The notes below the pieces were generated by a model, which saw only the letters and a program-made list of their open reading frames with translations, was not told where the DNA came from and did not search any database. A stretch of DNA of 64,000 bases, from IMG/VR virus record IMGVR_UViG_3300047323_000263, one strand, 5' to 3'. The stretch is from an uncultured virus (IMG/VR IMGVR_UViG_3300047323_000263). Lineage: Duplodnaviria; Heunggongvirae; Uroviricota; Caudoviricetes; Schitoviridae. This document shows, in pieces, positions 56,915 through 64,000 of the stretch (within the stretch, counting starts at the first letter, position 1; each line of letters begins with the position of its first letter). The position numbers and the translations under genes are program-made.

Positions 56915-57826
56915 CTAACCGGCGACGAATTCGCGCGGCAACATCTTTCGGTACTGGCACCAGCCAGTGAGGTTTCCGTGCAACTCCGGCGACGTGTAGC
57001 CAAGGCTCGGCTCGGCCGCCGAAATGAGCATGTCAGGACACGCCTGGTGCTCGGCGGGCGAAGCGTGCAGCGGCTCGGCCACCACCAGCTTGTTGTGCAG
57101 GTCCACGTCCTCGCCGGCGACAGTCTTGCGGCCGTCGTGGGTGAGGTACGAGGTGCGGGCACAGCGAGCGGTGCTGACCTTGCGCAGGACGTTGTTGATC
57201 TCGTCCCGGCTCGGCATGTCTCGGGTGATCCGGCCTTCCTGGCAGTAGCGCTGCGCCTGCACGAAGGTTTCGGAGTCGTCGGCATACGGCAGGTGCCATT
57301 CGCCGGGGCCGAGCAGCTTCGGTGTGGAGAGCTGCATGGCGTGCTCCATGATCTGCGCCAGTTCCTGAATCTCGGGTTGAGCGTCCGGATGGCAGCGCAG
57401 AGCGAAGAAGTTCGCCCACTGAGTGGAGGTGACCACCACGTTGATGTGGGACCACGGCTCCAGCAGCCGATTGGCCACTTGTTTGTGAAGGCCGATCTCG
57501 ATCAGCGCTTCGACTTCCGCGATCACCTTGTCCATTGCATCGAGCCAATGGCAGGAAGCAAGGAGTCGGGCTTCGGGGTTCAATTCTTCACGCGCCTGCA
57601 TGCCGGGCTGGTTTGCGCCCCAGTGAACAGGAATCGCCGGATCCTTCTTGATGTCGTCGATGATCTTCGCTACCGGAATAGCGCGGCTCGATGACGCATT
57701 GCGAGAAAAGACACGGTGAGTCATGAACTCAGCATGGATGAAACGCGGGTAACGGAGTTGCAGTGTAGTAAGCCGCTGGCCAGCGGAACTGATACTGTCT
57801 GCAATCATTTTTACTGTTATGGTCAC
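56915..57826 (-). CDS. thyX: Flavin-dependent thymidylate synthase (phage ThyX type)
   Basis: PRFIHAEFMTHRVFSRNASSSRA, HKQVANRLLEP, NFFALR.H..AQPEI, HASPAEHQA. Confidence 0.9.
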   Translation of the reverse strand: MTITVKMIADSISSAGQRLTTLQLRYPRFIHAEFMTHRVFSRNASSSRAIPVAKIIDDIKKDPAIPVHWGANQPGMQAREELNPEARLLASCHWLDAMDKVIAEVEALIEIGLHKQVANRLLEPWSHINVVVTSTQWANFFALRCHPDAQPEIQELAQIMEHAMQLSTPKLLGPGEWHLPYADDSETFVQAQRYCQEGRITRDMPSRDEINNVLRKVSTARCARTSYLTHDGRKTVAGEDVDLHNKLVVAEPLHASPAEHQACPDMLISAAEPSLGYTSPELHGNLTGWCQYRKMLPREFVAG

Positions 57827-57827
57827 T

Positions 57828-58310
57828 TTACTGCTCCTTCACTTTCTCGATCATTAGCCGGAGATTGGTCATCGTGAAGCTGAACCCGCCAATGATTCCC
57901 TGCACCTGCTTGTACATCTCAAGGAGCTGCCGCCTCGTAGTTACGGCTTGTAGATCATCGGTCAGGTTCAACCCTTCTTTCAGGTTGGTCAGTTCGTCAC
58001 CGTTGCAACCGAACTTGCCTAGCCTTTCATACCGCTCACCCACAGCAATGAGACTGTTGAGCGAAGCCAGAAACACCTCGTTGAGAGGCTTCTGATCTTC
58101 GTCATCAGCGAAGGCTGTGAGCGAGCAACCGACCGCAACTCGGAAAGCTACGGTCAGGAATTCGTCTTCCATGCCTCGACCATCCACTAACGCCTGAAGG
58201 TGAGCGTGTGGGACGATCATTAAGGTCACTTGATGCGCTTGCGGACGCCGAAAGAGCAACGGCGCTTTCACGACAGGTTTGCGTGAATGGAAAAACTGAG
58301 GACGGGCCAC
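57828..58310 (-). CDS. Hypothetical protein
   Basis: 160-aa ORF tightly packed between its neighbours. Confidence 0.65.
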   Translation of the reverse strand: MARPQFFHSRKPVVKAPLLFRRPQAHQVTLMIVPHAHLQALVDGRGMEDEFLTVAFRVAVGCSLTAFADDEDQKPLNEVFLASLNSLIAVGERYERLGKFGCNGDELTNLKEGLNLTDDLQAVTTRRQLLEMYKQVQGIIGGFSFTMTNLRLMIEKVKEQ

Positions 58311-58311
58311 T

Positions 58312-58629
58312 TCAATTACTCTTCAATTCGCTGATGAGGTTCTGGGCGAACTGGAGTGCCCAGTCCGGGGGTGATGCAGACAGAGCGCCACAGTCGCGCC
58401 ATGCCTTTCCGATCTTGTGGGCTAGAGCGCCGTGGACCGGTAGTTGCGTTCTGAGGTTGCAGCGAATGCACTCGCGGCCGATCACGCTATCGCCATAGAA
58501 GATATCGACCCACTCATGCTCATGCGGTCCAAGCGCCTTTTCGAGCAGCTGCCAGTCCTCGAGCGAGATATTGCGGGCCGCGGCCTTGATGCGCTGGAGA
58601 GCGTCGAACAGCTCACGGGTCATGGGCAT
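58312..58629 (-). CDS. Hypothetical protein (HEHEW..C..C)
   Basis: Start MPMTRELF at 58629 (or 58623) overlapping the upstream stop. Confidence 0.6.
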   Translation of the reverse strand: MPMTRELFDALQRIKAAARNISLEDWQLLEKALGPHEHEWVDIFYGDSVIGRECIRCNLRTQLPVHGALAHKIGKAWRDCGALSASPPDWALQFAQNLISELKSN

Positions 58630-58829
58630 GTCGGCTCCGGAACGCCGAAGTCGTGTTGTTCCCACGGCTGCTTGCACTTCAGGCAGCGGCCCTCGAGCTC
58701 GACCAGATCTTTCTCGCACTGCTGGTAGATCTGCTCGGCCTTCTGCTTGTCGCCGTCTTCCAGTGCCTGGTAGAGCTGCGATCCGGGAGCCACTTTCACG
58801 TCCCGGTACGTCTTGCAGTTGCGGTGCAT
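58620..58829 (-). CDS. Small hypothetical protein (C..C....H zinc-ribbon-like)
   Basis: 69 aa, translationally coupled on both sides. Confidence 0.65.
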   Translation of the reverse strand: MHRNCKTYRDVKVAPGSQLYQALEDGDKQKAEQIYQQCEKDLVELEGRCLKCKQPWEQHDFGVPEPTCP

Positions 58830-59338
58830 CAGAACCTCCGGTTCTTGTGATAGAACGGCAGCTTGGCCTTGGCCTGCTCCGTCTTGCGGTTAGCCAGCTT
58901 CCCGTTCTTTGCCCTTGGCTCCTCGGGCTCGACCGCCAGCGGCGACTCGATGAAGCGGAACCGATCGATGTGGCCGATCTCCAGCTTCTCCAACGGCGGG
59001 CCGTTGTAGAGATCGTCGATCCAGACCACATCGAAGATGTCGCCCCGCTTCACGCCGGCGACGATCGTGGTAAGTTCGCCGTAAGCGCCGATGTCGATAC
59101 CCATCAGCACGGCGGGGAGCTTGCCGCTCGGACGGACCATGCTGGCGAGGATCCGCTTCTCGAGCGCGGAAAAGTCCACGTCACCGAGCACATCGAAGAT
59201 GCTCTGCTCGAGCGGATCGTGGAAGATGTGCGGCGAGTAGAGCGCTGCCAGCTCCTTGAGCGACAGCTTCTTGGTCGCCGCCGGCGCGTTCAGCAGCTTC
59301 TTCATGAAGTCGTCGAACTTCGGGTCATGCGTCGTCAC
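58829..59338 (-). CDS. Hypothetical protein
   Basis: 169 aa, typical codon usage, LPFYHKNRRF C-terminus. Confidence 0.7.
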   Translation of the reverse strand: MTTHDPKFDDFMKKLLNAPAATKKLSLKELAALYSPHIFHDPLEQSIFDVLGDVDFSALEKRILASMVRPSGKLPAVLMGIDIGAYGELTTIVAGVKRGDIFDVVWIDDLYNGPPLEKLEIGHIDRFRFIESPLAVEPEEPRAKNGKLANRKTEQAKAKLPFYHKNRRF

Positions 59339-59720
59339 TTTCTGCCTCCCGTTCCAGCTGTTCGTTGACGTGTGCGGCTTCCGATTCCTTCAGCTCACGG
59401 ATGTACGACCATTCGGTCACGACTTCGAGCTCGGCGCTCCAGTCATCCATCGACTGATAGCTCGTCACCTTGTAGGTGCCGGCCAGGAGAACCAGAAGGT
59501 AGGAATCGACGAGCAGCTCCTTGAACCCTTCCCAGTCGCGCACGAGATCGAACATGGCGTTCTTGATCTCGTCGTTGTCGTCGTCCTCGAAGGACCAGTC
59601 AACGCGCTCGTTGTCGGCCCCATAAAACATGACTTCAAAGCCGCTTTCCTGCTCGCCCTCGCCTTCCCCCAACCAGTGGAGGCAGGCATGAGCGGTGAAT
59701 TTGTCTGCGGAGTAGCCCAT
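59325..59720 (-). CDS. Hypothetical acidic protein
   Basis: 131 aa, GAGGAAGAG SD. Confidence 0.7.
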   Translation of the reverse strand: MGYSADKFTAHACLHWLGEGEGEQESGFEVMFYGADNERVDWSFEDDDNDEIKNAMFDLVRDWEGFKELLVDSYLLVLLAGTYKVTSYQSMDDWSAELEVVTEWSYIRELKESEAAHVNEQLEREAESDDA

Positions 59721-59734
59721 CTCTTCCTCTTGGC

Positions 59735-59923
59735 TCAGTAGTGCCCGCGTGCGAGGCGCACTTCGGACACCGGGTAGGTGTTGCCCATCGCAAGCGGCTG
59801 CTCGGGATGGTGTTCGATGGTGATCACCAGCCCGTACTCATGGGCCACCCTGACCAGGCGCTTCATCTCTTGCTGAAGAGAGCGCATCACCACTTCGCGT
59901 TCGGCTTGTGCGATGGTGCTCAT
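59735..59923 (-). CDS. Hypothetical protein
   Basis: 62 aa, GLVITIE..P..PLAMGN motif seen in small phage proteins. Confidence 0.65.
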   Translation of the reverse strand: MSTIAQAEREVVMRSLQQEMKRLVRVAHEYGLVITIEHHPEQPLAMGNTYPVSEVRLARGHY

Positions 59924-60063
59924 GCGTCCGCCTTGTGGGCGATGGCTTCACGGATGGCCTTCACGCGATGCAGGTAGGCCGCTTCGCTGTAGTGAACGCC
60001 CTGCACCATGCCGTGCGTGCGCAGCCACTCTTCGATCTCGTCCAACAGTTGTTCTTGGTCCAT
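59920..60063 (-). CDS. Small hypothetical protein (47 aa)
   Basis: GAGGAG SD before ATG 60063 (MDQEQLLDEIEEW). Confidence 0.65.
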   Translation of the reverse strand: MDQEQLLDEIEEWLRTHGMVQGVHYSEAAYLHRVKAIREAIAHKADA

Positions 60064-60087
60064 ATCAACTCCTCTCGTATACAAGTG

Positions 60088-60122
60088 AAAAAGGGCGAAG
60101 ACCTTGCGATCTCCGCCCTTTA
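60088..60122. terminator. Probable intrinsic terminator
   Basis: AAAAAGGGCG...CGCCCTTTA. Confidence 0.65.
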
Positions 60123-60439
60123 GGTAATGAGCATCTGGCAGGACTCTGACGAGAAAGCCCTGCCAACTGCTCATGTGCAATTAATGGTTCAGGTTTCCCT
60201 AGCCATACCCATCTTGTCGTTCAGCCGGCCTCTCCCGAGGTTGGGCTTGAGGATGAACAACTCGACGTAACCGACCCATTGCACGAGGCCAGTGTTCCTT
60301 TAGAAGGAAGTAGGCCAGGATGAGCATCAACAGAGTGATGTACATCTTGGTTTCCCTCAAAGTTATGTCTAACAATGTACGTTAGAACACACTGGCTGTC
60401 AATGGTCTGACTAGGGCATGACCCCCAAAAAACCACGAA

Positions 60440-60637
60440 TCACGGGGTGTTGAGATTGATGAACTGGCGCACGAGCACGTCCAGCTGATCCGTGTCGATC
60501 TGATTCCCACAGCTGGCTCGAAAGGCCAGCAGGGTGGACTCGAGCGCGTTGTAGCAGTCGCCGCACATGAACCTGTAGCGCTTCTCGTCGACTAGCGCCC
60601 AGGCGTTTGGCTTGCCGCACTCTTTACACGGACGCAA
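60440..60637 (-). CDS. Small zinc-finger protein (CKEC..CGDC)
   Basis: Probable TTG start at 60637 overlapping the dcd stop; two CxxC pairs. Confidence 0.55.
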   Translation of the reverse strand: MRPCKECGKPNAWALVDEKRYRFMCGDCYNALESTLLAFRASCGNQIDTDQLDVLVRQFINLNTP

Positions 60638-61148
60638 TCGCTTCCACCGGTCGGTTGGCCTGATTCTGGTACTTGCCGGCGTAGTAGCGGCGCTCACTCG
60701 TCTGGTGGAAGACGACTTGCGCAATGGCAGCTCCGGCCGGGATGACCAGGCCGTCATTGCCGTGATAGACGAGCTCGAGCGTGAGGAAGCCCTTCCATCC
60801 CGGTTCGATCACCGTGTTGAAGACCGAGAGTCCTTGCCGCGCCCAGGTGCTCTTGTCGTGAACGATGCCGGTGAGGTTGCCCGGCATGTCGAACTCCTCG
60901 ATGGCCGAGGCAATCGTGAAGCGGCCCATCTTCTTGTGATAGGCCACGACCTTGCCGCCTGCATCGCGCTCGGTGGAGAGCACGTGATGACGGATGTGGT
61001 CGGTTGAGCAGAACTGGATCTCCTGCTTGATGCGAATGTCGTAGCCAGTTTCCCCGAGCCCGGAGGTGACGCCGTGCTCATGGACCTTGCCTTCCAACAT
61101 GTTCTTGATCGGCGCTGCGATGAGCAGGTCCGTACCGTTGATGACCAT
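60624..61148 (-). CDS. dcd: dCTP deaminase / trimeric dUTPase family (N4 gp26-like)
   Basis: GYDIRI, DKSTWARQGL, NTVIEPGWKGFLTLEL, IAQVVF, YAGKYQNQ. Confidence 0.9.
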   Translation of the reverse strand: MVINGTDLLIAAPIKNMLEGKVHEHGVTSGLGETGYDIRIKQEIQFCSTDHIRHHVLSTERDAGGKVVAYHKKMGRFTIASAIEEFDMPGNLTGIVHDKSTWARQGLSVFNTVIEPGWKGFLTLELVYHGNDGLVIPAGAAIAQVVFHQTSERRYYAGKYQNQANRPVEAIASV

Positions 61149-61151
61149 CTT

Positions 61152-62300
61152 CTATTCCCTGATGTGAATCACTTCGCCGTAGGCCGGCACATGGCCACCG
61201 TTGCCGGTAACAATCCAGATGATCGGAATGTCGATGCCGAGGGGTTCCATCGGCCGACACTGCATATCGGAGAAGATGATAGCAGCGGTCGGCTTCTCCT
61301 CCAATATATCTCTACGGACACAATCGAGGCGGGTGCCTCCGCGGCCCTTGATCTCGATCTTCTCGAACGGGTCGTCCTCTGTCCATACGTCTCGGCGCTG
61401 GATCATGGTGTCGAACTGCACCACCGTGATCTTGCCCGGATTGAACTGTTCTTTCACAAACTTGAGTTCAGATCCGAAGCGCAGAATGTCGTGGCTGGTG
61501 ATCGAGCCCGACACGTCGAGGTAGTAGGCGAGGTTCTCCAGCCGGCCGCCTTCGAGGAAGCGGCTGGGCAGGTAGATGTCCTGGAAGCGGCGGTTCGGCC
61601 GTGCCCACGTGTAGTCCTCGTCGATGTGCTGGGTGAACCAGCGCTGCAACAGGATCTGCCACTTGATGACCGGCGCCAGGAACTTGTCGAGGATCTCTTC
61701 GATGTTGCCCGGCACGTTGCCCGCTCCGCTCATCTTCGCCTGGTGAACGGCGGTGACGACGGTGTTGACCACCTGCGTCTTCTCTTCCGCTGTCATCGGC
61801 ACGAGATCGCCGCCGCCTTCTCCGAACGAGTTGAACGGCATCTGCATCATCTTCGGCTGCGCCTGGATGGCCGCGTAGATCTCTTCCTCGGCCATGCTGC
61901 GGTACTGATCGTCCACGCACAGCTCGAAGCCCACGTCGAGGTTGTAGCCCTCGTCCTTGAGCAGCAGGTTGATGTTGTGGTCGCAGGCCTTGTTCCAGTC
62001 CTCCGGATCGAAGTTGGTGCCGCGCAGCATGTGCAGCTTGGCCACGTGCCAGAGCTCGTGCATCAGCACGAACTGGTTGGCGGTGCGGCTCACGCGCAGG
62101 AAGAAGTGCGGATTCCAGTACAGACGGATGCCGTCGGTGCCGGCCGTGCCGATCTGCTCGCTCCAGATGAACTCGAGCGAACACATGATGGAGCCAAGGA
62201 AGGCAGCAGTCTTGCCGAGGAATACGGCCGACTTCACCTTGTCCAGCTCCCGGTTGAGCGCCGGGTAGTCCAGCGCCTCATTGGTGGTCGGCGCGAGCAT
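61152..62300 (-). CDS. Metallopeptidase (HExxH) + vWA domain protein (N4 gp25-like)
   Basis: TAGTDG, HELWH, N.ACD..IN, MIDAS DVSGS, GRGGT, FSD. Confidence 0.88.
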   Translation of the reverse strand: MLAPTTNEALDYPALNRELDKVKSAVFLGKTAAFLGSIMCSLEFIWSEQIGTAGTDGIRLYWNPHFFLRVSRTANQFVLMHELWHVAKLHMLRGTNFDPEDWNKACDHNINLLLKDEGYNLDVGFELCVDDQYRSMAEEEIYAAIQAQPKMMQMPFNSFGEGGGDLVPMTAEEKTQVVNTVVTAVHQAKMSGAGNVPGNIEEILDKFLAPVIKWQILLQRWFTQHIDEDYTWARPNRRFQDIYLPSRFLEGGRLENLAYYLDVSGSITSHDILRFGSELKFVKEQFNPGKITVVQFDTMIQRRDVWTEDDPFEKIEIKGRGGTRLDCVRRDILEEKPTAAIIFSDMQCRPMEPLGIDIPIIWIVTGNGGHVPAYGEVIHIRE

Positions 62301-62518
62301 TACGCCTCCTGCTCTTCGAGCACGACGGTGCGGCCTTCGCCCAGCTCGTGCAGGTTGACGGCGACCAGGCCCTGCTCCTTCTTCTTGGGCTTGAAGTGCT
62401 CGACGGCACGCTGCTTGGCTTCATACAGCGAGCGTGCATAGACGACCACACCGGCGCCCTTGAAGTGGGCGATGTAGGTGTGATCGATCGGACCTTTCTT
62501 GTTGATGAACGTGGTCAT
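62300..62518 (-). CDS. Hypothetical protein
   Basis: 72 aa, YIAHFKG..VYA.SLYEAKQ.A...FK..K. Confidence 0.7.
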   Translation of the reverse strand: MTTFINKKGPIDHTYIAHFKGAGVVVYARSLYEAKQRAVEHFKPKKKEQGLVAVNLHELGEGRTVVLEEQEA

Positions 62519-62607
62519 TTCTTCTCTTGGTTCGAAGATTGAGGAACAGGCGTGCAGATGCGGACCCAGACTCCAAAGAGGAGCTGGGCGTAAGTCAGGA
62601 AGAACAT
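62515..62607 (-). CDS. Putative 30-aa peptide MFFLTYAQLLFGVWVRICTPVPQSSNQEKK
   Basis: Fills the gap exactly, starts 4 nt after the upstream stop and ends in an ATGA overlap. Confidence 0.4.
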   Translation of the reverse strand: MFFLTYAQLLFGVWVRICTPVPQSSNQEKK

Positions 62608-62611
62608 GGAT

Positions 62612-63685
62612 TTACTCGCGCAGGTATTGAGCGAGGCTCGACATCGAACGGGCAAAGCTCGGGTGTTGACGCAGATGCGGCTGGCGAGCCATCACTGAGC
62701 GGAAGAACAGGATGCGGAACGACAGGTCGAAGCGGTTTGCGTAGGTGCAAAGCGCATCGAAGTTGAGGTCGTTGACGTTCTCCATCAGGTGAGCGATGGT
62801 TGCCCACTTGGTCGACGGGTCCGTCGGCACCGGCGTGTTCTCCGGGCTGCGGACAACCTGATCGATCTTCACCAGATTCTGGAAGACCTTCACGTAGGTG
62901 ACGAACTCGGTCGCAATGCCCGAGGTGATCGTGCCCGTGAAGATCGGCGTCTTCGACATGAGGTCGTGGCCAGCGTAGTTCGGCAGCTGGAGCAGACTGT
63001 TCATGAACTCCCAGGTGCGCGGCGAGCAGAACGTCTTCTCGTTGTGATCCGGGCGGAAGTCCATCAGCTTGCTCGGATACTGCGAGAGGAACGAGACAAT
63101 GCGGCTGTCCCAGTTTTGCTTGAGCGCCACGTCGTAGAGCCACTCTTCGAAGTTGACTTCGAGCTCGAGGTGGATCATGCGCGACTGCATCGCCGTCGAC
63201 AGCTGGTTGACGATCGCCCGGTCGGTGGCCAGATTGCCGGCCGCCGAGATCACGCAGTTCTCGTGCAGCTTGTGCTGTCCGACCATTCGATCGAGCACGA
63301 GCTTGTAGGCGGCAGCTTGCGTGGCCTTCGCACCCGAGTTGAACTCGTCGAGGAACAACATCCAGCCCTGATGGGTCTGGTCGCCATTCTTGTCACGCGG
63401 CAGCGGCGTGTTCTCGAGCGGGAACAGGTCAGCGAACGGCGCGAAGCGGGCAAAGCCGTTCTCGTCGAAGCGGGGCAATCCGGAGAGATCCTCGGGGGCC
63501 GAGGTGGAGAGGCGGTGGTCGATGACCTTCAGATCGAGATCGTCAGCCACCAGCTTCATGATGCTGGACTTGCCGACGCCCGGTGAGGCGGTCACGAAGG
63601 GGACCAGGCCTGCGTACAGTGCGTCGGTGATGAAACCGCGGAGTTGGCGAGGGGAGCAGCGATATGCGTCGAGAATGTTGGACAT
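62612..63685 (-). CDS. MoxR-like AAA+ ATPase (N4 gp24-like)
   Basis: SPGVGKS, LFLDEFN, AAGN, MQSR, SPRTWE. Confidence 0.9.
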   Translation of the reverse strand: MSNILDAYRCSPRQLRGFITDALYAGLVPFVTASPGVGKSSIMKLVADDLDLKVIDHRLSTSAPEDLSGLPRFDENGFARFAPFADLFPLENTPLPRDKNGDQTHQGWMLFLDEFNSGAKATQAAAYKLVLDRMVGQHKLHENCVISAAGNLATDRAIVNQLSTAMQSRMIHLELEVNFEEWLYDVALKQNWDSRIVSFLSQYPSKLMDFRPDHNEKTFCSPRTWEFMNSLLQLPNYAGHDLMSKTPIFTGTITSGIATEFVTYVKVFQNLVKIDQVVRSPENTPVPTDPSTKWATIAHLMENVNDLNFDALCTYANRFDLSFRILFFRSVMARQPHLRQHPSFARSMSSLAQYLRE

Positions 63686-63693
63686 TTATGGGT

Positions 63694-64000
63694 TCATTCT
63701 AGGTCGACCTCCTTGTCTACGCGCACTGCCTGATGTGTATCGAACATCTGGCACAGCTCGTCGTAGCAGCGCAGCAAGTCATCCTTGCTGAGTTGACGGA
63801 AGTCGGGAATTGTCTTCGAAGGTTTGTAATCGGAAAGACCAAACCGGCCTCGGGCCTTCAGCACCGCTGAATCCCCAAAAAACACCGGAATCATGGGCGT
63901 GATCAGCGTCGTTTCACGGCGATCCATCACCGCTTCCAGCCACTGATCAGCGAACATGTGCTGCTCATTCGTCCAGCGCCACTCCGGATGCGCTTGCAAA
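63694..64000 (-). CDS. Hypothetical protein, partial (start beyond window)
   Basis: Open frame to window end; stop TAG at 63694-63696. Confidence 0.55.
   Translation of the reverse strand, partial: LQAHPEWRWTNEQHMFADQWLEAVMDRRETTLITPMIPVFFGDSAVLKARGRFGLSDYKPSKTIPDFRQLSKDDLLRCYDELCQMFDTHQAVRVDKEVDLE

Larger units (their letters stand above)
1061..62533. repeat. Dispersed motif Y(5-15)-TGG-Y-TC (core usually CTTGGCTC), about 38 copies
   Basis: 27 + strand and 11 - strand copies located by eye; coordinates are listed in the findings. Confidence 0.9.

Noticed and set aside
60140..60170. CTGACGAG..GAAA resembling a hammerhead ribozyme core (also GAAAC..CTGACG near 1389-1410)
   Set aside because: No stem II between CUGANGA and GAAA, and the three-stem junction could not be built.
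51145..60440. tRNA genes in the intergenic gaps, where N4-like phages often have them
   Set aside because: No cloverleaf with a GTTCRA T-loop was found by eye; tRNAscan-SE would settle it.
1061..62533. Explaining the dispersed motif as Shine-Dalgarno sequences, Chi sites or a CRISPR array
   Set aside because: A few reverse complements do double as SD sequences (18968, 39810, 49826, 59720, 62518), but most copies are mid-gene with the purine strand antisense. The motif does not match E. coli Chi (GCTGGTGG), and copies are kilobases apart with no repeat-spacer structure.

Overview
This window is about 64 kb of a GC-rich N4-like (Schitoviridae) podophage genome, reverse-complemented and circularly permuted relative to the usual N4 map. 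Positions 1-~680 hold the start of the early region (gp1-like gene and a virion-RNAP hairpin promoter, - strand), and the probable genome end/terminal repeat lies around 600-1600. Positions 1661-36811 (+) are the late block: terminase, tail/appendage genes, lysis cassette, portal, capsid, ejection proteins and a 3687-aa virion RNA polymerase. Positions 36903-64000 (-) are the middle block: resolvase, SSB, primase, DNA polymerase A, helicase, rIIA/rIIB, ThyX, dCTP deaminase and a vWA/AAA pair. The RNAP II subunit genes are not in the window. Three things stand out. (1) A dispersed DNA motif, pyrimidine tract + (C/T)TGG(C/T)TC, is present in about 38 copies found by eye, strand-biased and spaced roughly every 2.5 kb irrespective of gene orientation; it is a candidate primase-recognition-site array. 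(2) The tail module encodes both a GH5 endoglucanase and a GH48 exoglucanase, with a Calx-beta domain apparently split between the two proteins, suggesting a virion 'mini-cellulosome'. (3) A three-domain protein looks like a fusion of anti-defence/nucleotide-sponge-type modules. All family calls come from recognising motifs and synteny by eye; no database search was run, and N4 gp numbers are positional analogies.
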